Below are positions 1 through 8,204 of a DNA stretch of 20,000 nucleotides, piece after piece; positions within the stretch are counted from its first letter, which is position 1; each line of letters opens with the position of its first letter. Below the pieces are notes generated by a model. The model saw nothing but the letters and a program-made list of their open reading frames with translations, was not told the DNA's origin and searched no databases. Both the position numbers and the translations under genes were made by a program. The stretch lies in the IMG/VR virus record IMGVR_UViG_3300035698_018097. One strand, 5' to 3'. This DNA is from an uncultured virus (IMG/VR IMGVR_UViG_3300035698_018097) (lineage: Duplodnaviria > Heunggongvirae > Uroviricota > Caudoviricetes).

Positions 1-17
1 AACGAAGCCGGTTTTTT
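1..17 (+). terminator. 3' half of a probable intrinsic terminator cut by the window edge
   Basis: GAAGCCGG followed by T6 directly upstream of the first promoter; the 5' arm would lie outside the window. Confidence 0.35.
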
Positions 18-86
18 ATTATTTAGATATTGACTTTTTAAATTTAATTGTTGACTTTTAGAGGCTGATAGTCTTTACTATAAACC

Positions 87-611
87 ATGAAAGTAACACT
101 TAAGAAAATTCGTCACGCTCGGAATATGTCAGACGAAACAAATGCTTTTACGGCTGATGTTTATGTTGATGGAACAAAGATCGGTTCGGCTGAAAATCAT
201 GGTCGTGGTGGAAATACTTTTGTTCATTGTCATGATAGAGTATTAGAAAAGAAAGTGAATGATTATTTCAAATCACTTCCCAAAACTTATTGTGAAGAAC
301 ACAATTTCAGTTATCAACCAACATTAGAAAATTCGGTTGATGAGTTGGTTGAAGAGGATTTAGGTCTTCGTGATTTGAAATCATTCATCCGAAAAGGTGT
401 AGTCATTCTTAAAAACGGAGTTTACGATCCGACTTGTGTTGAATATTATACATTTCCACCACGAGCCACTCCACAATTAAAGTCCCGTTGGGTAACTCAG
501 ATAATCGTAAGAGCCGCGAAAGAGAAAAATGGTGAGTTTGTCGTTAATGATATGACCAAAGAAGAATTACTTAATATCGTAAAGACAAAGAAAGCGGTAT
601 TACTTTCTTGA
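87..611 (+). CDS. hypothetical phage protein, 174 aa
   Basis: ATG 36 nt after TTGACT at 51; stop TGA lies inside the next promoter's TTGACA (608-613). Confidence 0.85.
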   Translation: MKVTLKKIRHARNMSDETNAFTADVYVDGTKIGSAENHGRGGNTFVHCHDRVLEKKVNDYFKSLPKTYCEEHNFSYQPTLENSVDELVEEDLGLRDLKSFIRKGVVILKNGVYDPTCVEYYTFPPRATPQLKSRWVTQIIVRAAKEKNGEFVVNDMTKEELLNIVKTKKAVLLS

Positions 612-643
612 CATTTTAAATTTAATTACATAATATTACCACT

Positions 644-964
644 ATGAAACTAATCACCAAAGCAATTGAAAAGAAACTTGAAAAAGCTGGTTATGACGGC
701 GACAAACCAATTTGTAAATTCTTCAATCCGTGTGGAGCAGCTACATGGATTATTTTCGGACGTGACGAAGAAAATCCCGATATTCTGTTTGGTGTGGCTG
801 ATCTTGGATTTGGGTTAGTAGAAGCAGGCACTATTTCTTTATCAGAACTTCAAAATACTAAACTAATGTTTGGTCTTGGTATTGAACGAGACTTACATTT
901 TTATCCTGATGAGGAATTGACTTTAAAAGATTTTTTAGGTTTGGAAAGTTTGTCACGGTTTTAA
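644..964 (+). CDS. DUF2958-family protein
   Basis: Motifs KFFNPCGAATW, LFGVADLGFG, GTISLSEL, GLGIERDLHF recognised as DUF2958-like; leaderless start. Confidence 0.8.
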   Translation: MKLITKAIEKKLEKAGYDGDKPICKFFNPCGAATWIIFGRDEENPDILFGVADLGFGLVEAGTISLSELQNTKLMFGLGIERDLHFYPDEELTLKDFLGLESLSRF

Positions 965-1009
965 AAAACTCTTGACTTTTTAAATTAAATAGCATATATT
1001 TAACTTATT

Positions 1010-1141
1010 ATGAAAAACATGGAAATCCCCGTTGGGAAAGTTAAAATCCGAAAGACAAAGAATCTTGCTCGGTCCGGACAAATATTTCCGAATATGAAGC
1101 GGGTGAAGAATAAAAAAGCTTGTCGTGGAAAGGTAAACTAA
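1010..1141 (+). CDS. small basic hypothetical protein, 43 aa (not in ORF track)
   Basis: MKNMEIPVGKVKIRKTKNLARSGQIFPNMKRVKNKKACRGKVN; ATG 38 nt after TTGACT at 972. Confidence 0.65.
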   Translation: MKNMEIPVGKVKIRKTKNLARSGQIFPNMKRVKNKKACRGKVN

Positions 1142-1143
1142 TT

Positions 1144-1311
1144 ATGAGTGATGAAAATAAATATGCATGGAGCGTCGGCTTAGGATGGGGACTTTTTCTT
1201 TTTTGCCTTTTGTTCGGCTACGCAATCCTTCTTTATGTGGATCACAAAAGTGATGTAGAACAATATAAAGCAGAAACCGAAAGAATAACAATCATTCAGA
1301 AGATTCAATAA
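1144..1311 (+). CDS. small single-pass membrane protein, 55 aa
   Basis: ATG 2 nt after the upstream stop, preferred to track start 1120; hydrophobic stretch AWSVGLGWGLFLFCLLFGYAILLYV. Confidence 0.7.
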   Translation: MSDENKYAWSVGLGWGLFLFCLLFGYAILLYVDHKSDVEQYKAETERITIIQKIQ

Positions 1312-1487
1312 TGGATAAATTAGAACAACTTGACGAAGTTCGTGCTATACTCAATCATATTCAATGGTTTTTGGGTAAGGTCAAAGAGATTCCAAACACA
1401 ACCGCTGAATTCAAAGGATATTGTGATTTGGAAGCTAGTTCGTGTGATCAGATACTTGATAAGGTAAAGTTTCTTTCGGAAAACTAA
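1311..1487 (+). CDS. hypothetical protein, 58 aa (not in ORF track)
   Basis: TAATG stop/start overlap; MDKLEQLDEVRAILNHIQWFLGK...KFLSEN; ends just before the next promoter. Confidence 0.7.
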   Translation: MDKLEQLDEVRAILNHIQWFLGKVKEIPNTTAEFKGYCDLEASSCDQILDKVKFLSEN

Positions 1488-1530
1488 AATAAATCTTGAC
1501 TTTTTAAATTTAATTTGTATTGTATTAATT

Positions 1531-1683
1531 ATGGACGATCATTCAATAACATTTGACTTCATAAGCTCCGACGAAATCGAAGCTTTCACAAAATTAATCG
1601 CGGATAGTAATGAACGCGGAATCCGGTATACGGTTGTAAAAGAAGGCTTGCTGGTAACATTCAGATGGTCAAACGGATTTTAA
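1531..1683 (+). CDS. hypothetical protein, 50 aa (not in ORF track)
   Basis: ATG 35 nt after TTGACT at 1496; MDDHSITFDFISSDEIEAF...RWSNGF. Confidence 0.7.
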   Translation: MDDHSITFDFISSDEIEAFTKLIADSNERGIRYTVVKEGLLVTFRWSNGF

Positions 1684-1684
1684 T

Positions 1685-1960
1685 ATGATTACTCAAGTAT
1701 TTCGTTATAAAATTTCTATTGTTTTTTATCCACCAGACGAGTGGAATGTAAAAGAGCTTTGTAAACGGCTTCTTTATTTACAACAACGATTTCAAGCTAC
1801 GGGTAAAGTGTATAATTGTAAAGTAAAGTTGACTAAGGCTCCTAGCACCTGTTTTGTTTTATCAGTAAAATATCTAAATGATGATCGCATTGCAAATGAT
1901 GTAGAACATGATTTGCTTACTGATGTGCGTAATGCTGGTTTCGATATGCCGCTGGGTTAA
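1685..1960 (+). CDS. hypothetical protein, 91 aa
   Basis: ATG 1 nt after the upstream stop. Confidence 0.75.
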   Translation: MITQVFRYKISIVFYPPDEWNVKELCKRLLYLQQRFQATGKVYNCKVKLTKAPSTCFVLSVKYLNDDRIANDVEHDLLTDVRNAGFDMPLG

Positions 1961-2020
1961 GTGAAATAATATAATTTTGTTGTTGACTTTTGAAATTAAA
2001 TACTTTATATTGCATTTACA

Positions 2021-2431
2021 ATGAAGATTAAAAACAAAAAACATTTAAAAGTTTTGGTTGCTAATAACGAAGAATTCGAAGAACGCATTTCAAATGTGGT
2101 TTGTCAGTATCAAACTCGATATCATCCTGAATTAAAAAATTTCTCTTTTCGGGGTTGGGAACTGGAAAATTGCAAAGATGTGCCAGATGTTATGGTTTGT
2201 GAGTTCCGCGAAACTTGGCATGGTGATTTCGATTATAAAACATTAAGAATTCCCGTTGAGTTCTTTGTTGATTATTTTGCTGCTGTTGATGTTAAAGATA
2301 TTGAGGTTCTTGTTGAAATCGCAGCGGAAGCTCGAAAAGTGGAGCAACAGAGAATTGAATTAAAAAAGTCTGCTACAGCTAAGAGGCTTGTTATTTATCG
2401 GAAACTTCAAAAGGAATTTGGAAAAGTATGA
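2021..2431 (+). CDS. hypothetical protein, 136 aa
   Basis: ATG 38 nt after TTGACT at 1983 (TATATT at 2006). Confidence 0.8.
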   Translation: MKIKNKKHLKVLVANNEEFEERISNVVCQYQTRYHPELKNFSFRGWELENCKDVPDVMVCEFRETWHGDFDYKTLRIPVEFFVDYFAAVDVKDIEVLVEIAAEARKVEQQRIELKKSATAKRLVIYRKLQKEFGKV

Positions 2432-2697
2432 ATTTTGGATATTATACTTGTTGTGTTGATTCAACTGCTGAATTAATTGATGAAATGGTTGAACGATCTA
2501 TTAAAATTACATGGAAAACATTTAAAAAACATATCCACCTTTCAGATTTACAAGACCTGTTCCCCTTTTATGCTTGGGAAGGTAAAGGTCTAAAATTGAA
2601 AGACGATTGGGCGGTAAGCTTTTATAAAAGTGTTTATGATGGAAAGGATTGCTATTATATTTATCATTCAGCAATCGAATATATTTTTGTAAGATAA
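2428..2697 (+). CDS. hypothetical phage protein, 89 aa
   Basis: ATGA overlap with the upstream gene; aromatic-rich C-terminus. Confidence 0.8.
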   Translation: MNFGYYTCCVDSTAELIDEMVERSIKITWKTFKKHIHLSDLQDLFPFYAWEGKGLKLKDDWAVSFYKSVYDGKDCYYIYHSAIEYIFVR

Positions 2698-2735
2698 CCT
2701 TGACATTTGTTAAAATTTAAACTTTAATTGGCACC

Positions 2736-2930
2736 ATGAAAAAAATACTACAAACGATTGCTGGATTGTTATTGTTGGGATTGCCCGCGGTATTAATTGG
2801 GCATGAAATATCCCAACGAGTTCCTGTAGATGTTGTCGTAGGAGTATCAAGGGGAATGGCAGGATGTGCCAGCGTGGTGCTTGGATTTATATTGATCATT
2901 TGGCCTTTGGTAAAGGACATTAAATTATAA
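2736..2930 (+). CDS. small membrane protein, 64 aa, two hydrophobic segments
   Basis: ATG 36 nt after TTGACA at 2700; IAGLLLLGLPAVLIG and ASVVLGFILIIWPLV. Confidence 0.75.
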   Translation: MKKILQTIAGLLLLGLPAVLIGHEISQRVPVDVVVGVSRGMAGCASVVLGFILIIWPLVKDIKL

Positions 2931-3006
2931 TCCTGCCCTTCCATTTTTAATTAAAATTTCAAATTAGGCATTGACAAATAGCCTGAATTATGATTGACTC
3001 TTTTCA

Positions 3007-3558
3007 ATGTATTACTCCGAAAGTATAATAGATTGTTATTATGAACAGATTCAAGAAATTGTTGACTCTTTTATGAAAGGCGACAAACGGATTGCTTGGA
3101 ATGTTTTAAAGCCAAATCGACTCATTAATATTTGGCGAATGTTCGGTAATAGTGGAGGGTTGGAACTTGTTCGAGATACAAAAGGATTAGAGGCCGCAAT
3201 TCGTCGGTTCCGTTACTTGTTGGTTCGTCTTGAAATTTGTAATACTTTAAATGGACATTCTTCAAATAATCCTGTGGAAGAAATAGAATCTTATGCTAAC
3301 TTGGGCGAATGGGGTGAAAGTGAAGATTGGGAACGAATGTTTGATTTCCTTACTTTTGAGGATGGTTCTTATATTATTTCCGATTACGGACCAAAACGAC
3401 TTTGGCCGATAATGGAAAAATTAGAAAACGAAGATGATCCTGCTCAACAAGTATATTTAGTTGACAAGTTCCTGAATGTGTGTCATTGCAGAAGTGATTT
3501 GTCTCAATATTTTATTGAAGGCGGTATTGATGTATTAGATGAAATTCGTGATATGTAA
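3007..3558 (+). CDS. hypothetical phage protein, 183 aa
   Basis: ATG 36 nt after TTGACA at 2971. Confidence 0.85.
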   Translation: MYYSESIIDCYYEQIQEIVDSFMKGDKRIAWNVLKPNRLINIWRMFGNSGGLELVRDTKGLEAAIRRFRYLLVRLEICNTLNGHSSNNPVEEIESYANLGEWGESEDWERMFDFLTFEDGSYIISDYGPKRLWPIMEKLENEDDPAQQVYLVDKFLNVCHCRSDLSQYFIEGGIDVLDEIRDM

Positions 3559-3611
3559 TTTAATTACAAAATAAACTTGACTCTTTTTAATTAATCACAT
3601 ATAACTTTCTT

Positions 3612-4013
3612 ATGAATATTGAAACCAAGCGTGGTTATGAATACGGAAAACGAAATTACGGTCAGAGTGCTGTAAATGATGCTGAAATACTTCGATGTAT
3701 TGAATTCGAACAGGATCTTGACCAATATACTGATTTTGACAGAGGAATCGGACTCGCAATCGCAGAACATGAAAATGTTGCAAAGGAAATGTTAAAAGAA
3801 ACCCGAATACGGAAAGAAACCCGAATTGCACTCAGTAAGGTGAAGACCGCTATATTCGTTACTCTTGATACTACTTATGAAGAGATTACTAACATGATTG
3901 ACGGTCCTTCGATGGATGGAGTGGTTGATTCGTTGCATCGTGCTGATACAGCCATTGATCTTGTGATTGCCCGACTTGATGGTGCGACTGATAAAAATTG
4001 TGATGATTGTTAA
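3612..4013 (+). CDS. hypothetical protein, 133 aa
   Basis: ATG 35 nt after TTGACT at 3577. Confidence 0.8.
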   Translation: MNIETKRGYEYGKRNYGQSAVNDAEILRCIEFEQDLDQYTDFDRGIGLAIAEHENVAKEMLKETRIRKETRIALSKVKTAIFVTLDTTYEEITNMIDGPSMDGVVDSLHRADTAIDLVIARLDGATDKNCDDC

Positions 4014-4029
4014 AAGTTAGTGGTTCCGT

Positions 4030-4037
4030 ATATTTAT
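4030..4037 (+). promoter_or_regulatory. ATATTTAT motif (putative late-type promoter)
   Basis: Same 8-mer precedes the ORFs at 8825, 12456 and 13048; no TTGAC at the expected distance. Confidence 0.5.
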
Positions 4038-4041
4038 TTAT

Positions 4042-4305
4042 ATGGAAGCATATTCATATCGCGATGAGAAGATTAAGAAGCTCACACAGATCAGCAAAGC
4101 CCTAGAAAGTATCTATGAAAAATATGATGGTTTCTTAGGGGAACTAAACGGTGAATTTCAAGATTTTTCTTCAAGTGAAGAGTATTCAAGAGAGAATCGA
4201 CAAATCGCCCTTGATATGAAACAAACCATTCAGAACGTCAAGGAATCAATGAACTTTCTTGATGAGGCTCTTGGAACTGCTCAACAAATCGCAACTGATT
4301 TGTAA
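4042..4305 (+). CDS. helical/coiled-coil hypothetical protein, 87 aa
   Basis: Amphipathic, charged sequence; preceded by ATATTTAT rather than TTGAC. Confidence 0.8.
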   Translation: MEAYSYRDEKIKKLTQISKALESIYEKYDGFLGELNGEFQDFSSSEEYSRENRQIALDMKQTIQNVKESMNFLDEALGTAQQIATDL

Positions 4306-4327
4306 ACATCATCCCTTTATAACTTCC

Positions 4328-4356
4328 AAGATGACATGATTAGTCATCGGTGTCAA
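4328..4356 (-). promoter_or_regulatory. minus-strand sigma70-like promoter, antisense to 4042..4305
   Basis: Reverse strand reads aaaaaagatttatc-TTGACA-17 nt ending TGT-CATCTT, the same TGTCATnnT form as the promoters at 7143 and 8130. Confidence 0.5.
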
Positions 4357-4403
4357 GATAAATCTTTTTTAATTTAATTATTGACTTTATACCTGAGCTA
4401 TGA

Positions 4404-4610
4404 TTGACTGTGTTTACTGAGACTTCCACGGAAGGACATTTATTCAGTAATAAAGAATTAGATGAACTTCATTCTCAACTTGAAACTTTGGATTCCAAAG
4501 TCTCCATGACCAGAGAAACATTGATTGACATCTGTGTTGACATCTGTGGTCTATCAAAAGAAGAAATTGAAGATAGTATTTCTGATTTAGAATTTTTTAA
4601 TAAATTTTAA
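4404..4610 (+). CDS. hypothetical protein with uncertain start; possibly a decayed cassette
   Basis: The track's TTG start is the -10 position of promoter 4381; no ATG at the expected +1; first in-frame ATG is 4506. Confidence 0.4.
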   Translation: MTVFTETSTEGHLFSNKELDELHSQLETLDSKVSMTRETLIDICVDICGLSKEEIEDSISDLEFFNKF

Positions 4611-4698
4611 AAATAAGTATTGACTTAATTATAAAAATGTGTTTTACTCTTTTCATAGTCAAATAAGACTATTTTTAATCACCGAAAAAGTTAAAAAT

Positions 4699-5343
4699 AT
4701 GTATCAAACAGAATCAGTAATCGAACTTTGTGATCGCCTCTCTGAAAAAAATAGCTCACAATTTATTGGATTGACTTACACTTCTAAAACCGGTTTGATA
4801 ACTCCTCAAACCGCGAGATATGTTATCAACACTAATGTAAATCTCAAAAGAGTTTATGCAGAGGACATTAAAACTCTCAAAGCTCATCTTGAAACTCTCA
4901 CGACTGACTTGGAAATCCAAGTGTGTAACGAGTTGATTAAATCCCTTGAAACTTCCCTTGAAAGGGGAATTGGAAACAATCCTAACTTCACACGGAAAAA
5001 TCATGTAAAACGGATTGACGGAACACTTCGTAAAGTTATCCGCAGAGACAATACCGAGGGAATTGAAATCCTTGGATTGATTCGCTCAAAGGTGGTATTA
5101 ATCAAAGGTGAATATAAGAAAGTCAATTCACGGCCGAAAACACTTGTCAAGAACAAAATGAAAAAAGATCTTGATCTTGGAACCTCAAAAATTCGTAGTC
5201 TTTCGGTCAACTTGGATACAATCAAGGGAATCCGACATAACGGAGACGTGATCGAGTTGTGTGATGAAGTGATGATCGCTAAAGTGAAAAAGGCTTCAAC
5301 CAAAGTTTCAACTAAATCGACAAGTGATCTTGTAACGGTTTAG
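4699..5343 (+). CDS. hypothetical phage protein, 214 aa, basic C-terminus
   Basis: ATG at 4699 preferred because track start 4639 lies within promoter 4620; A-rich leader; own terminator. Confidence 0.85.
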   Translation: MYQTESVIELCDRLSEKNSSQFIGLTYTSKTGLITPQTARYVINTNVNLKRVYAEDIKTLKAHLETLTTDLEIQVCNELIKSLETSLERGIGNNPNFTRKNHVKRIDGTLRKVIRRDNTEGIEILGLIRSKVVLIKGEYKKVNSRPKTLVKNKMKKDLDLGTSKIRSLSVNLDTIKGIRHNGDVIELCDEVMIAKVKKASTKVSTKSTSDLVTV

Positions 5344-5408
5344 TGGCCGAAAAAATGCCGACCAATAAAAAATAGACAGTGGATTCATAATTAGAAGCTG
5401 TCATTTTC

Positions 5409-5440
5409 AAAGCCCGAGGTTAATCGCTTCGGGCTTTTTT
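5409..5440 (+). terminator. intrinsic terminator
   Basis: AAAGCCCGAGG / CTTCGGGCTTT stem (one G-U pair) running into T6. Confidence 0.85.
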
Positions 5441-5497
5441 GGTAATAAAAATAAAATAATCTTGACATTTGAATTTAAACCTGACTTAATTAACAAC

Positions 5498-5806
5498 ATG
5501 AACAAAAGAGAACTGATTGAAAAACGAGATCCCGACGGTTTGCTGCGGAAATTTAAATCTGGACCTGCTCATATTTTTAATCCCGTTCCTACTAATGAAA
5601 AGGAATCATTAGCTCATGGTAATGCTCTTGCTAAGTCAGGGAATTATCCAGTGGGAACAACCGAGTGCTTCAATGTCGGTATCTCAGGCGGCTGCGGTCC
5701 GGATTGTTTCGTATATCTTAAAGGGGAATGTAAAGAACCTCACGAGATGATCGAGCGGTTAAATGAAGAGGAATTAAAATTACATTCTGAATTATACCCG
5801 AATTAA
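5498..5806 (+). CDS. Cys-containing hypothetical protein, 102 aa
   Basis: ATG 36 nt after TTGACA at 5462 (the track's TTG start is the -35 box); C-x8-C-x3-C-x7-C cluster suggests metal binding. Confidence 0.8.
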   Translation: MNKRELIEKRDPDGLLRKFKSGPAHIFNPVPTNEKESLAHGNALAKSGNYPVGTTECFNVGISGGCGPDCFVYLKGECKEPHEMIERLNEEELKLHSELYPN

Positions 5807-5845
5807 ATCTTGACATTTAAAATTTAAATATATATTGTAATCACC

Positions 5846-6016
5846 ATGAAAGTAAATGTTTATTTAGAAGGCTACTTGGCTGGAGTTATTAAAAAGGTAA
5901 AAGGCGGATATCAATATTGTTCTTCGGACCTTAATGTTAAAGGCCGGATTCATTCAACTTTAGGACGCTGTAAAAATTCATTAGTCGGAACCTTACATAC
6001 ATATGAAACTATATAA
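5846..6016 (+). CDS. hypothetical protein, 56 aa, paralogue of 7458..7619 (not in ORF track)
   Basis: ATG 36 nt after TTGACA at 5810; MKVNVYLEGYLAGVIKKVKGGYQYCSSDLNVKGRIHSTLGRCKNSL... Confidence 0.8.
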   Translation: MKVNVYLEGYLAGVIKKVKGGYQYCSSDLNVKGRIHSTLGRCKNSLVGTLHTYETI

Positions 6017-6287
6017 ATACGATCAAGAAACTTGGGATGAAGCCAAATGCGCAAAGGTGGCTAAGAGACGCGGTAAGGATGCATATGGAACGCGACACCC
6101 ACATGCTGGAGTGGTTCAGCCTTCCGGTTGTGCTGTAACTCATTATGGTCGGCAGATTTTTAATGGTGGAACAATCATAGATGGTGAATGGTATAAAGGA
6201 TACGAGAGAGAATTCCCGTCAATTCCTGATACATATGAGTTTTACCCGATTGTATCTTGGGGAATATATATCAGAAAAAAGTCTTGA
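6003..6287 (+). CDS. hypothetical protein, 94 aa
   Basis: Overlaps the upstream gene end; stop TGA inside TTGACA at 6284. Confidence 0.8.
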   Translation: MKLYKYDQETWDEAKCAKVAKRRGKDAYGTRHPHAGVVQPSGCAVTHYGRQIFNGGTIIDGEWYKGYEREFPSIPDTYEFYPIVSWGIYIRKKS

Positions 6288-6319
6288 CATTTTAAATTAA
6301 ACCTGTCTTACTAATTATT

Positions 6320-6508
6320 ATGAGAAACAAATACGCACGCAAAAGAGAAAACGCAGGCCTCAAAACTCTTCTCCTGGAACGGATGACTCATATCCGAAAG
6401 GTCCAGAAAAAGAAGCCTACTAAGGCTGCAGTCGTTCACCATGCCAACAAAACTGTTGGTGTTGGAATCGAACGCCTTAATACTCTTTATGATATTGTCG
6501 CTGGCTGA
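6320..6508 (+). CDS. basic hypothetical protein, 62 aa
   Basis: ATG 36 nt after TTGACA at 6284. Confidence 0.75.
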   Translation: MRNKYARKRENAGLKTLLLERMTHIRKVQKKKPTKAAVVHHANKTVGVGIERLNTLYDIVAG

Positions 6509-6714
6509 TGGCTGATCGACGAAAAGAATTTGACGATAGGCTCCGAGCTCTGTTAAAAGAGTTCGGAGTCGAGTTGACTGCTGATGACCATTACAGGGGA
6601 TATCCTGAATGTGGCCAAACTATTAAAATCATCGCCGAGTTTGAAGATTGGAAAATAGACGATATTGATTACGGCGGTTTTATAGATTCTGAAATTAAAA
6701 AACTTGACATTTAA
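6508..6714 (+). CDS. hypothetical protein, 68 aa
   Basis: TGATG overlap. Confidence 0.75.
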   Translation: MADRRKEFDDRLRALLKEFGVELTADDHYRGYPECGQTIKIIAEFEDWKIDDIDYGGFIDSEIKKLDI

Positions 6715-6739
6715 CATTTAATAGCCTTTAATTGTAACT

Positions 6740-6901
6740 ATGTTCACAAAAACAACCAAAGGAACAAAGATCGAAATTTTCAACTTCTATAATGAGGTCG
6801 GATTAGCATTGTGTCGTATCTTTGCCAAAAATGGCGACGAATGGGTTAACACAATTCTGCTTACTGATATTGTTGATTTCGCAGAGGCAACCGCCAAATG
6901 A
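6740..6901 (+). CDS. hypothetical protein, 53 aa (not in ORF track)
   Basis: ATG 36 nt after TTGACA at 6704; MFTKTTKGTKIEIFNFYNEVG...EATAK; ATGA overlap with the next gene. Confidence 0.75.
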   Translation: MFTKTTKGTKIEIFNFYNEVGLALCRIFAKNGDEWVNTILLTDIVDFAEATAK

Positions 6902-7146
6902 AAAAGCCTACAGAAAAAATGATTGAGGCTGGAAACGAGATGGCTTCGGAGTTGATGACCGCATCTTGTTGTAAACATCTGAGTGGTCTTGGCGGTGGTC
7001 AAACCTGGGATGAGTGGAAAGAATCTAATCAAGATACTCCAAATCTTGATCTGTTAAATCAATATGTGAACGAGGAAATTGATTCCGTGACAGCAATTTA
7101 TATGGCGATGGAAAGAACTTCCCTAAATTTTAAATTTAATACTTGA
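6898..7146 (+). CDS. hypothetical protein, 82 aa
   Basis: ATGA overlap; stop TGA inside TTGACT at 7143. Confidence 0.75.
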   Translation: MKKPTEKMIEAGNEMASELMTASCCKHLSGLGGGQTWDEWKESNQDTPNLDLLNQYVNEEIDSVTAIYMAMERTSLNFKFNT

Positions 7147-7177
7147 CTTTAACCCTTAACCTGTCATTGTAGCAATT

Positions 7178-7432
7178 ATGTTAACGAACACAGTTACATT
7201 TAAATCATTAGAAGAAGAACATTCTGATATTCTCAAGAGACAAGGTGAAGCTTATCGAGAAATAAAAGGCCTTCAAGGGCTCATCGATTCACTTGAAATC
7301 GGACGAATCGAACTTCGCGAACAAATGTTAATAGAACTAAAGGAACAACGTCAACAGGCTTCCGTATCGGAGGATGAAAAACTTGTAAATGCTTATCGCG
7401 ACTCTGTTCCTAATCAACGGTTTCAAACCTGA
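7178..7432 (+). CDS. coiled-coil hypothetical protein, 84 aa
   Basis: ATG 35 nt after TTGACT at 7143. Confidence 0.75.
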   Translation: MLTNTVTFKSLEEEHSDILKRQGEAYREIKGLQGLIDSLEIGRIELREQMLIELKEQRQQASVSEDEKLVNAYRDSVPNQRFQT

Positions 7433-7457
7433 GGCGGTAACAAAAATAAAAAATACT

Positions 7458-7619
7458 ATGATCACTTACAAAACCACCGTATATCTTAATAAGAAGAATG
7501 TCGGAAAAATTAAAGAACATGCCGATGGCACCTTCCAGTATTTCCCAAAAGGCTCCAAATTAGGAGGCCGCATCTTCTCCACTCTCCTTGCATGTAAACT
7601 CTCACTAGAAGCTAATTGA
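7458..7619 (+). CDS. hypothetical protein, 53 aa, paralogue of 5846..6016
   Basis: ATG 7458 after an A-rich leader; alignment with the paralogue supports this start over 7389. Confidence 0.8.
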   Translation: MITYKTTVYLNKKNVGKIKEHADGTFQYFPKGSKLGGRIFSTLLACKLSLEAN

Positions 7620-7849
7620 TGATTTTTAAATTATACAGAATCGGAGAGGACTTTTCAGAATTCGGTAATTGGGACGAATTCCGCGGTAAAGTCATTAGGG
7701 CTCCAAGTGAAGATGTCGCAAGAAAACATGCAAATGCAACTTGCGGTGATGAAGGAAAAATATGGGAAGATCCAAAACAAGTCTCCTCCGAAAATCTTTC
7801 CGGTTATGGTAGAGTCGAAACACTTCTTTCAGATTATCACACCGCTTAA
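7619..7849 (+). CDS. hypothetical protein, 76 aa
   Basis: TGATG overlap at 7617-7621. Confidence 0.75.
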   Translation: MIFKLYRIGEDFSEFGNWDEFRGKVIRAPSEDVARKHANATCGDEGKIWEDPKQVSSENLSGYGRVETLLSDYHTA

Positions 7850-7901
7850 TTAAATTTCAAATAAACCTTGACTCCTACAACACACCTGTTAAGGTAGATA
7901 C

Positions 7902-8105
7902 ATGATAAAGGATATGCCACAAATCGTCAAATGTCAAGCGTGTAACGGAACGGGAACAGTGAGAATCATCCTCAAAGACAAAAGCGGCAGAGATAGGGAT
8001 AATACCGGAGTTGAACATATCGCTCCATGTGACGCCAGTTTTTGTGAAAATGGAATTGTGAATATGGAAGCATATCACGAATCCTGGAAATATCCCATCG
8101 GTTAA
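7902..8105 (+). CDS. small zinc-finger-like protein, 67 aa
   Basis: CQACNGTG (DnaJ-type CxxCxGxG) plus CDASFCENG; ATG 34 nt after TTGACT at 7868. Confidence 0.75.
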   Translation: MIKDMPQIVKCQACNGTGTVRIILKDKSGRDRDNTGVEHIAPCDASFCENGIVNMEAYHESWKYPIG

Positions 8106-8204
8106 ATAAAAATAAACTTAATTTAATCCTTGACTTTTTATAAATACCTGTCATTGTAGTAATCATAAACTTTAATTCAATCTCCCTCTTAATGAAAATT
8201 TAAC

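Noticed and set aside
3795..3826. 14-nt direct repeat AAAGAAACCCGAAT (KETRI twice)
   Set aside because: Simple in-frame micro-duplication with no further copies noticed
4525..4548. Tandem TTGACATCTGTG twice
   Set aside because: In-frame 12-nt duplication; no matching -10 box or ATG at promoter spacing
1..8200. Stop-codon reassignment fragmenting genes
   Set aside because: Small ORFs have their own promoters or coupled starts and tile the region; long conserved genes are intact in the standard code
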